61,112 bases of DNA. Source: a virus. Taxonomy: Duplodnaviria; Caudoviricetes. The notes under the pieces were generated by a model that was not told where the DNA came from, searched no databases, and saw nothing but the letters and a program-made list of their open reading frames with translations. Made by a program: the position numbers and the translations under genes. Of this stretch, positions 48,607 through 55,144 are shown one piece after another. The first letter of the stretch is position 1, and every line of letters begins with the position of its first letter. The DNA lies in IMG/VR virus record IMGVR_UViG_3300032116_000195, positions 1-61,112 of that record, one strand, 5' to 3'.

Positions 48607-48921
48607 CTAAAACGAAGACATCAAAAATTCCTTTCGCCACTCATCCTTAATGCACGGCTCAATGTCTTCCCACAAATAATCTCTCATCAGTTCTTTTATC
48701 TCTCTTTCTTCCCGATCGCCTCGTTCCCAAGTACTATGGACATCCGATCTTCGGTACTCAAAGTTGTGGCTGTGGATCAGTTCGATCAGCCTACTAAATT
48801 TTTCATCTTCCATATTTCTCATGACTTTTATTTCGGTATGGTAGTCTAACATTAAGGACTGGATGTGTTCTATTTCCACCTTGGTTAACACTATCCCAAG
48901 GTCAACGCATTTACTTATCAT
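48607..48921 (-). CDS. Hypothetical early protein
   Basis: 104-aa ORF coupled to the upstream gene. Confidence 0.6.
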   Translation of the reverse strand: MISKCVDLGIVLTKVEIEHIQSLMLDYHTEIKVMRNMEDEKFSRLIELIHSHNFEYRRSDVHSTWERGDREEREIKELMRDYLWEDIEPCIKDEWRKEFLMSSF

Positions 48922-49100
48922 TGTTCAACTGGTTTCATTCCATGATATTCATCTCCAGTCAACCTCTTTTTTTCTCCGTCAAAGAAGGTGACATCGTAAA
49001 CGATGTTCTGACCACCCAAGTAGACTTGCTCTACCTTGGCGACCTTGCCTCTTCCGCTGTAAAATCTAACGTCAAATGTTTTGGTAATTGTCTCTCTCAT
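48918..49100 (-). CDS. Small early protein (SH3-like beta pattern)
   Basis: AC-rich leader before the ATG. Confidence 0.6.
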   Translation of the reverse strand: MRETITKTFDVRFYSGRGKVAKVEQVYLGGQNIVYDVTFFDGEKKRLTGDEYHGMKPVEQ

Positions 49101-49120
49101 TGGTGTGTGGTTTAGTGAGG

Positions 49121-49164
49121 AACTGGCGGTGATATCGCTTCACCTTCGGCCTTTCCTGCCAGTT
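49121..49164 (-). ncRNA. Anticodon-less tRNA-like element A
   Basis: aactggc/gccagtt 7-bp stem plus ggtga-agcgata-tcacc 5-bp arm. Confidence 0.7.
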
Positions 49165-49173
49165 CGGGGGTAA

Positions 49174-49305
49174 TTAATCTTCCCAAGCAGTGATGATCTT
49201 CTCCCCAGTAGAATCATCCAAGTAAATAGTCCAATCTCCAATCGTTACATAGAGGGACTCATCGGATCGAATATCGATCGTGATGCCATTAATAATCATT
49301 TCCAT
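49174..49305 (-). CDS. Small early protein (43 aa, not in ORF track)
   Basis: MEMIINGITIDIRSDESLYVTIGDWTIYLDDSTGEKIITAWED* with aaaaccacacact leader. Confidence 0.6.
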   Translation of the reverse strand: MEMIINGITIDIRSDESLYVTIGDWTIYLDDSTGEKIITAWED

Positions 49306-49567
49306 AGTGTGTGGTTTTATAGTAATTAACTGAATATTGAAATGAACCTTTAGTGCCTTTCTTTACTTCATGTCGGGATGGAACATAGTTTCCATAGTAG
49401 TCTTTATGCCCCATTGCAGAAAGCATACAAGCCCCACATTCGATCAGATGCATAGCCTCCCTTCCGATTGACCCTTCCATCCTCCATGCCATACCCGTGT
49501 CGATTAGGTGTTGGATGTAGTCATAGCCTCGCTCAATTTGGAGTCTTTTGATTGTTTGGTAGTTCAT
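49289..49567 (-). CDS. Hypothetical early protein
   Basis: 92 aa with AC-rich leader. Confidence 0.7.
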   Translation of the reverse strand: MNYQTIKRLQIERGYDYIQHLIDTGMAWRMEGSIGREAMHLIECGACMLSAMGHKDYYGNYVPSRHEVKKGTKGSFQYSVNYYKTTHYGNDY

Positions 49568-49586
49568 GTGTGTGTGTTTTGATGAG

Positions 49587-49634
49587 GACTGCCTCGCCTA
49601 ACGAGGGCGAATGATAGCGGTCTATCGGGCAGTT
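49587..49634 (-). ncRNA. Anticodon-less tRNA-like element B
   Basis: actgcc/ggcagt stem, gatag-accg-ctatc hairpin and tcgcc-ctcgtta-ggcga arm. Confidence 0.7.
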
Positions 49635-49642
49635 CGGGGGTA

Positions 49643-49825
49643 TTATCTACTAACAAATACTCCGTTTTTTGTATACTCTACCTTGTATCCATTTTTTATC
49701 AGTTCAGCATAGTATTCAGACTTCGGCATGATATAACCATCTGCCCTTCGGAATCCGCATCTGCATTTTCCGGTGGATGTCTTCAACTTAATTGTGGACT
49801 TTTTAGTTAGTGCGTTGTCGTTCAT
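49643..49825 (-). CDS. Small early protein
   Basis: 60-aa ORF with an ATGA overlap. Confidence 0.55.
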   Translation of the reverse strand: MNDNALTKKSTIKLKTSTGKCRCGFRRADGYIMPKSEYYAELIKNGYKVEYTKNGVFVSR

Positions 49826-49905
49826 TTTTTCAGTTTTTTGTGGTAAAGTGATGCAAAGATGATGTTCGCAAGTGCGAAGGCGGTGATGGTTGAGATGATT
49901 ACCAT
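49822..49905 (-). CDS. 27-aa membrane peptide
   Basis: MVIISTITAFALANIIFASLYHKKLKK*; coupled on both sides. Confidence 0.5.
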   Translation of the reverse strand: MVIISTITAFALANIIFASLYHKKLKK

Positions 49906-50036
49906 GTTATTCCGAGGATTTGTTTTCCAATGGTGGTTACTTGGCGGTCCATGCCCATCATGTAGAGGGTAATGAATCCGATCTGAATTGTCAAGGCAAG
50001 GGTGACGATGGCGGTCATTGCTTTTAGAACTTTCAT
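49899..50036 (-). CDS. 45-aa membrane peptide (not in ORF track)
   Basis: MKVLKAMTAIVTLALTIQIGFITLYMMGMDRQVTTIGKQILGITW* with AC-rich leader. Confidence 0.6.
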   Translation of the reverse strand: MKVLKAMTAIVTLALTIQIGFITLYMMGMDRQVTTIGKQILGITW

Positions 50037-50056
50037 GTGTGTGTGTTTTGATGAGG

Positions 50057-50098
50057 AACTGAGGGCAGTATCGCTCTGCCTTATCCACTCTCTCAGTT
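50057..50098 (-). ncRNA. Anticodon-less tRNA-like element C
   Basis: aactgag/ctcagtt stem, D-loop-like gagtgg and ggcag-agcgata-ctgcc arm. Confidence 0.7.
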
Positions 50099-50105
50099 CG
50101 GGGGA

Positions 50106-50345
50106 TTACTTTGAAATTTCAGCATCCATTAAGTAATCGTGAATGCAGTCCAATTCAGACTTGTTTAAATCGTTGTAGTCACTTACAAGGAAGGATTCGT
50201 ACATCTTGATGGCATCTGCCCATAGGTAGTCAAGTTCCCTCTCGTTTCGGTCAGGCAGTGACATTGCCATGCAGAAGACCCCGTAACTATTCATGTAGCT
50301 CCTGTGCATTGCTTGGTCAAAATCGGTTGTGTCAATTTTATACAT
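50106..50345 (-). CDS. Hypothetical early protein
   Basis: ATG at 50345 after the AC-rich leader. Confidence 0.65.
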   Translation of the reverse strand: MYKIDTTDFDQAMHRSYMNSYGVFCMAMSLPDRNERELDYLWADAIKMYESFLVSDYNDLNKSELDCIHDYLMDAEISK

Positions 50346-50365
50346 TTTTGTGTGGTTTTGATGAG

Positions 50366-50411
50366 GACTGCCTCCTGTCACGAACAGGATGCCATCAGAA
50401 TGGGGGCAGTT
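50366..50411 (-). ncRNA. Anticodon-less tRNA-like element D
   Basis: actgcc/ggcagt stem, ccat-tctg-atgg hairpin and tcctg-ttcgtga-cagga arm. Confidence 0.7.
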
Positions 50412-50418
50412 CGGGGGA

Positions 50419-50499
50419 TTACATATTCCCTGCTAAGACAAGACCAAAGGCAAGGACGACCAATACGATCATCAAGTAAGTAAAGTCTCTATTTTTCAT
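50419..50499 (-). CDS. 26-aa membrane peptide (not in ORF track)
   Basis: MKNRDFTYLMIVLVVLAFGLVLAGNM*; ATGA overlap, stop abuts element D. Confidence 0.55.
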   Translation of the reverse strand: MKNRDFTYLMIVLVVLAFGLVLAGNM

Positions 50500-50666
50500 G
50501 CATAAAGGTTTGGGTTATTCAATTGCATCCTCAGTAGAAAGGTGCGGTACATTTGTCTCGCCTCCCTTATTGAAATGCCATACAATTCGACATATTGGCG
50601 GACTATCTTGTCATCGATAGTGAAGGTCTTTCTGACCTTGTTTTTTCTGCTAAATACGGGTCTCAT
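50496..50666 (-). CDS. Small basic protein (56 aa, not in ORF track)
   Basis: MRPVFSRKNKVRKTFTIDDKIVRQYVELYGISIREARQMYRTF... with AC-rich leader. Confidence 0.6.
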   Translation of the reverse strand: MRPVFSRKNKVRKTFTIDDKIVRQYVELYGISIREARQMYRTFLLRMQLNNPNLYA

Positions 50667-50677
50667 TGGTGTGTGGT

Positions 50678-50860
50678 TTAAATAGTTACAAATTCGGGTT
50701 CTAACTTGCTTGGCGATGGGTAGATGTAGAAGAATAAGTTCGGGAACTTCTCCTTCAATGCATTAGCCTTTTGTTCGGCATCTTTTCGTTTGTCATAAAA
50801 TCCATGAGTTCCGATTTCATTGTAGTTACCTTCTTCAATTACGTGGTAGTATACTTTCAT
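50678..50860 (-). CDS. Small early protein
   Basis: 60 aa with AC-rich leader. Confidence 0.6.
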   Translation of the reverse strand: MKVYYHVIEEGNYNEIGTHGFYDKRKDAEQKANALKEKFPNLFFYIYPSPSKLEPEFVTI

Positions 50861-50876
50861 CGTGTGTGGTTTTGAT

Positions 50877-50921
50877 TGGGAACTGAGCAGGGAATCGAAC
50901 CCTGCTTACAACCATTCAGTT
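50877..50921 (-). ncRNA. Anticodon-less tRNA-like element E (canonical T loop, encoded CCA)
   Basis: aactga/tcagtt stem, atggtt D-loop-like segment, gcaggg-TTCGATT-ccctgc, then C-CCA. Confidence 0.75.
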
Positions 50922-50928
50922 CGGGGAC

Positions 50929-51108
50929 TTATTCGTTAGGATATATGGTATAATCCTCACCATCTACATTCATCTGCTCCAACTCTTGGTCATACGCAGT
51001 TCCATTGTCTACCATTTCGAGGTACTTTGCTTCTGCCTCTGCCTGAGAACTGGCTTCAATAGTCAACCATGTGGTGTACGTTCTTTGTTGTTTGATTTGA
51101 TACTTCAT
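50929..51108 (-). CDS. Small acidic early protein (59 aa, not in ORF track)
   Basis: MKYQIKQQRTYTTWLTIEASSQAEAEAKYLEMVDNGTAYDQELEQMNVDGEDYTIYPNE*. Confidence 0.65.
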   Translation of the reverse strand: MKYQIKQQRTYTTWLTIEASSQAEAEAKYLEMVDNGTAYDQELEQMNVDGEDYTIYPNE

Positions 51109-51121
51109 TGTGTGTGTGTTT

Positions 51122-51174
51122 GGTTAAGACCACCTTGCGGTGGTTTCGGCTACTCTAAGCCTCATCAGTTAACC
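51122..51174 (-). ncRNA. Hammerhead ribozyme, type I
   Basis: ggttaa CTGATGA ggct-tagagt-agcc GAAA ccacc-gcaa-ggtgg TC ttaacc: complete core and three perfect stems. Confidence 0.93.
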
Positions 51175-51630
51175 TTGCAGTTCGGGAATTTCAATCGTCT
51201 GCTCTTCCAACTTCGATAGTGGTAGCTTATTTGAGAATACCCAACCGAATTCATTGGACATTTTCGCCATCCATTCACGACCTTGTGGGTTATTGGCTAC
51301 ATACCCATCAGCGAAAGGCTTCTCAGTACGTATTGAATTGTCGTAGTATTGGACACGAACAAAAGGGGAGTTGACCATGCTTCCGGAATAGGATACTTCG
51401 TTGATCAACTTTATGCCTTCCGGTATCGTATAAATGGCGAAAAGTTCGGGGTAGTCATTGATGGAATTGAACCTCTCAAGGAATACCACATCATTGTACT
51501 TTTTGTAGCGGTTGACTACCCTTACCCATTCGCTTTGATTGTAGTCACTTTTGGAGTGGTTCAGTACTTCATCGAACGTTAACTCTCTAACTTCCATGAT
51601 AGGAAGCGGTGTGGTGAATGTCAGTTTCAT
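51169..51630 (-). CDS. Hypothetical early protein flanked by two hammerheads
   Basis: 153 aa; the stop codon lies in stem I of the downstream ribozyme. Confidence 0.7.
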   Translation of the reverse strand: MKLTFTTPLPIMEVRELTFDEVLNHSKSDYNQSEWVRVVNRYKKYNDVVFLERFNSINDYPELFAIYTIPEGIKLINEVSYSGSMVNSPFVRVQYYDNSIRTEKPFADGYVANNPQGREWMAKMSNEFGWVFSNKLPLSKLEEQTIEIPELQG

Positions 51631-51643
51631 GTGTGTGTGATTT

Positions 51644-51700
51644 AGTGTGTTTCGCCATTCTGTGGCTCATCAGTTCGGGAGAAATACCCGAAGACACACT
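51644..51700 (-). ncRNA. Hammerhead ribozyme, type III
   Basis: agtgtg TC ttcggg-tatttct-cccgaa CTGATGA gcca-cagaa-tggc GAAA cacact. Confidence 0.93.
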
Positions 51701-51940
51701 CTCATCAGTCACCCTCACGGGTACGCTTTCTGCCGAAGCAGAGACATTGGATACCCAAACGATAAATCAGATTGGGTAGCGGCTGATGGGTTACTTTCGA
51801 TGTGACGTGCCTTGTCGTGGTGGATGTCAGTGCATTGATGGGATTGATTACCCATTGTTGACTCTCCGATTGTGGGTTGCCATGGGGCAGAGCCGATGTC
51901 CCGATTTCGGTTAACACATTCAGTCGATTTCACTCCAATA
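51701..51940 (-). ncRNA. Structured leader RNA of the early operon
   Basis: tctgc-TTCG-gcaga, accc-GTGA-gggt and tacccaa/ttgggta hairpins closed by catcag/ctgatg. Confidence 0.55.
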
Positions 51941-52291
51941 AACAAAGAACTTTTTTGTACTTAGAAATTTTGCACTTACACTCTACACCTCATCCGATAT
52001 TTTCCCTTGCGGTGGTTTCGTTATGTGGTTGCATTTAGACTATTGCACTCAGGCAGTCGCACCATTACTTCAGAGCGGTTGTAAGCGGAAACTTCAAAGA
52101 ACTAAAGTAGTGACTAACTCTCTACTTTCGAGAGTAAAATTGCAAGGAAAATATTTATCCGCAAAATGTGGACTAAGTATTGACAACGAAAAAGAGAATT
52201 TAAAATCTCTACAAATCAGTCATATCAACAACGAAAACGTTTTCGTAAGTTTTAGTAAAAAAGTTTAAAAGTACTTTCTAAAAACTCTCGA

Positions 52292-52495
52292 TTATAGCGT
52301 GTTGAGGTGATTATTCAACCTTGATTGGTCTATAAAAAACATATGGCAGAGTGCGACAACTTCGGGGTCTTCTTCGTTCTTATACTGCATCAGAAGACGG
52401 AGGAATTCGACCTCACTTTTGCCCTCAATTTCTATTATTAATTGCTTCAAGTCTTTAAGTACTTCTGCTTTGGCGGATTCAAAATACGTGTTCAT
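52292..52495 (-). CDS. Hypothetical protein
   Basis: ATG at 52495 after aaccac leader. Confidence 0.5.
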   Translation of the reverse strand: MNTYFESAKAEVLKDLKQLIIEIEGKSEVEFLRLLMQYKNEEDPEVVALCHMFFIDQSRLNNHLNTL

Positions 52496-52585
52496 GTGGT
52501 TAGATTTGGGAGGCGGAAAATACATTACAAAATACTCCCATGATTACGTGATTTCCCGTAATGAAAGTGGGGCAGTTCGGGGGCA

Positions 52586-52909
52586 TCAAAGCCTCTTATT
52601 AAGTAGATACCTACGTATAGCAGACAAGTACTCCCGACCAAGAGGAGCAAGAGAAAGTTTATAGTCTTGTATATGTATAAGAGAGAGGGAAGAGAGAGTA
52701 TTAACCGAATTGTATAACGCCCCAACACTAATTGGATGTCCCATTCGTTTGGCATGGCGTTGAACTCCAGACTGACGGATGCCTTCGGGAAGGTATGCAA
52801 TGGAGTATAGGACAAAGATATCACTGGCCGAAAGTTCTGGAAGGTCGAACCTTCGAGATACTTTGATAATGGCAGAGGGCATGAGAAAAATATACTTATT
52901 CAACTTCAT
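52586..52909 (-). CDS. MarR-like winged-helix protein
   Basis: LSASDIFVLYSI...ALYNSVNTLSSLSLI...LSLAPLGREYL. Confidence 0.55.
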   Translation of the reverse strand: MKLNKYIFLMPSAIIKVSRRFDLPELSASDIFVLYSIAYLPEGIRQSGVQRHAKRMGHPISVGALYNSVNTLSSLSLIHIQDYKLSLAPLGREYLSAIRRYLLNKRL

Positions 52910-53411
52910 GGGTCGGAAAGGATGAAAAGAAGGGGCGGCAATTGTAACATGACGTTCACCGCCACCTTGTGTGGTTTTTCAGTACTATCGTTGATGTTTT
53001 TTATCGTTTGTCTGCATCCATTTTCCCCTTCCGATTTGCATCCCTTCGGACTCATTGCATCCACTCGCATGATGCACATGATTAAGGCACAACCGATTAG
53101 CATTTTGGATACACTAATGGTGCATTAATTTTGTGTGCCGAAAACCGATTTCGGGATGCCCAAATTGACCCCCACCCGATGCGCAAATCCGACTCCGCAA
53201 CCGCACGCCACACCCACCATTTATATGCATTACCCCCACAATTCATCCACACAAATCCTATTTCTCCAACCAGATCCTACCAACCACAGAACCCACGACT
53301 TTTTGAATGGGCCTGTGAGGTCATTACAGGCGATTCTAGGCGGTCTCTATGTTTAATCAGCAGAGATATTGCGGCAATAACAACCGCCATATTCTTGGTT
53401 TATTAAACCTG

Positions 53412-53503
53412 TAGAACAGGCAGGATTCGAACCTGCAAAGGCAGCTACAACCCTATTCACTTTGTAAGGGGAGCACATCCTACGTACCATACGCCACTGT
53501 TCT
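53412..53503 (-). ncRNA. tRNA-like RNA with expanded, irregular anticodon region
   Basis: agaacag/ctgttct acceptor, gcgt-atggt-acgt D arm and gcagg-TTCGAAT-cctgc T arm; no assignable anticodon. Confidence 0.65.
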
Positions 53504-53573
53504 ATGTCCCAAGCTTCACTTGATGCGTCCAGCAAGGAGCGGCTTGGTAATCCACCATAACTTATGCCTTTGG

Positions 53574-53980
53574 CTATTCGTTTGCGTGGAAACAAGACCA
53601 CTGAAGTGTGCTTCGCAATCCTATTCGATACTATCTCAAGGCAATTGGAGAGGCATCGTGGTACTGTTGATGCGAAGATAAACGGCTAACTCTCGATATT
53701 ATTGTTTTATGAACATCTGAGGATAACTCGTAAACGATAATAGAGAGTGAAGTAATTTCGCCATTCTGGTTCTACCTGCTAGGGTAGGGGTCCAGTCAAA
53801 ACCCCAAGCTAGGTTTATCCGAGGACGGAATGTTTAAGCTGATAGCAGGAGCGACAGAGATCAGACTCTCTGACCGAAAGGTAGCTATGACCCGGGACGT
53901 GGGTTCTCAATGGTGATAGTTTTAACGAATAGGGTTACTTCCTTTTAAGCGAAGCTTTACCCGAACATGAATAACTCATG
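53574..53980 (+). ncRNA. Candidate large structured non-coding RNA
   Basis: Nested long-range helices and many hairpins in an ORF-free 400-nt region. Confidence 0.5.
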
Positions 53981-54006
53981 GTGATAGTTACTTATAAATA
54001 CTAGTT

Positions 54007-54144
54007 ATGAAGAATAAGTTAGGTGTTAAGAATAGCTTAGTGAATAACATTAATGCCAAGAAGAAGGCAGGAACCTCTAAGCCTAAGAGTAAGTCTACAG
54101 TAAGTAAAGAAGCCTACGACAAGATGAAGAAGGGCTGGAAGTGA
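54007..54144 (+). CDS. Small basic protein (45 aa, not in ORF track)
   Basis: MKNKLGVKNSLVNNINAKKKAGTSKPKSKSTVSKEAYDKMKKGWK*; GTGA overlap with the next gene. Confidence 0.6.
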   Translation: MKNKLGVKNSLVNNINAKKKAGTSKPKSKSTVSKEAYDKMKKGWK

Positions 54145-54392
54145 AAAGGCACGTCAAGATTTACTTGGATTACTATGGCTATACTGGCGATGAGTTTATT
54201 AGCTGTGAGGTCTGTGGCTCCCGAGCTGTTGACATTCATCATATTGATTGCAGGGGTATGGGCGGCAGCAAATCTAAAGACAAGATCGAGAATTTAATGG
54301 CCCTTTGTAGATCCTGCCATCTTGAGTATGGCGACAAAAAACATTACATTGAGTTTCTTACTGATATTCACAAAAAAGTAGTACAAAAGTAG
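54141..54392 (+). CDS. HNH endonuclease
   Basis: CEVC..DIHHI...NLMALCRSCH. Confidence 0.85.
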   Translation: MKRHVKIYLDYYGYTGDEFISCEVCGSRAVDIHHIDCRGMGGSKSKDKIENLMALCRSCHLEYGDKKHYIEFLTDIHKKVVQK

Positions 54393-54442
54393 TTTGATAT
54401 TCATTAACATTTATTTAGTGAATAACTCTCTATTTTAGCGGT

Positions 54443-55087
54443 ATGATTACACTACTTCTCGTTTTGATTGGTTCTATACCAACGCCAGCAGGATACACTA
54501 GGGTTAAGACAGATGACTTTGGTACTCACATCAGGAACTACAGACTTAAAGAAGACAAGACAGTCTATTTATATAATGGACAAAAAAAGGTAAACCAGAC
54601 TGCCCAGTATGCTGTACTTGACATTCCGGTTGGAATCATGGACTTGCAGCAGTGTGCTGACGCTGTCATGAGGATCAGGTCTGAGTATCTTTTCAGAAAT
54701 AAATTACCGATTTGCTTCTACGATAATAACAGAAAGCCATTCCATTTTAGCGGAACAACTCTGGGTCACCTCGACAAATATCTTGAGGTAGTCTTCAGTA
54801 GGTGCAACTCCGCTAGTCTGGAGAAGCAGATGGTCAGGAAGAACATCAGGGATATGCAGATCGGTGACGTCTTGATCAAGGGTGGATTCCCGGGTCATGT
54901 AGTTATAGTCGTTGACATGGCGGTAAATGCTAAGGGAGAGAAAGTTTATATGTTAGCACAGAGCTATATGCCAGCTCAGGATATACATATTCTTAATGGC
55001 GAGAACGGTCCTTGGTATACACTGAAAGAGGGTATTATAGACACCCCAGAATACACGTTCTATTCTAATCAGCTTATGGGTTGGTGA
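54443..55087 (+). CDS. DUF4846-family protein (NlpC/P60-like)
   Basis: DLQQCADAVMRIRSEYL, GGFPGHVVIVVD and LAQSYMPAQDIHIL. Confidence 0.75.
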   Translation: MITLLLVLIGSIPTPAGYTRVKTDDFGTHIRNYRLKEDKTVYLYNGQKKVNQTAQYAVLDIPVGIMDLQQCADAVMRIRSEYLFRNKLPICFYDNNRKPFHFSGTTLGHLDKYLEVVFSRCNSASLEKQMVRKNIRDMQIGDVLIKGGFPGHVVIVVDMAVNAKGEKVYMLAQSYMPAQDIHILNGENGPWYTLKEGIIDTPEYTFYSNQLMGW

Positions 55088-55144
55088 GGATAACTAATAG
55101 TATAACTCCTCTCTATTATAGAGAATGCTAAGTAATTTAGCATT

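Noticed and set aside
49100-50930. CRISPR array suggested by the recurring repeat
   Set aside because: Units are non-identical structured elements separated by 240-470 bp of coding sequence; no cas genes seen
51701-51730. Third hammerhead at the extra CTGATGAG
   Set aside because: No correctly placed GAAA/stem III; this CTGATG pairs better with CATCAG to close the leader domain
51985-52030. Hammerhead-like remnant sharing the 16-mer CGAAACCACCGCAAGG with the type I ribozyme
   Set aside because: Core reads CGGATGA and stems I and III cannot be completed; at most a decayed copy
53574-53980. Group I or group II intron
   Set aside because: No interrupted gene and no recognisable P7 or domain V consensus
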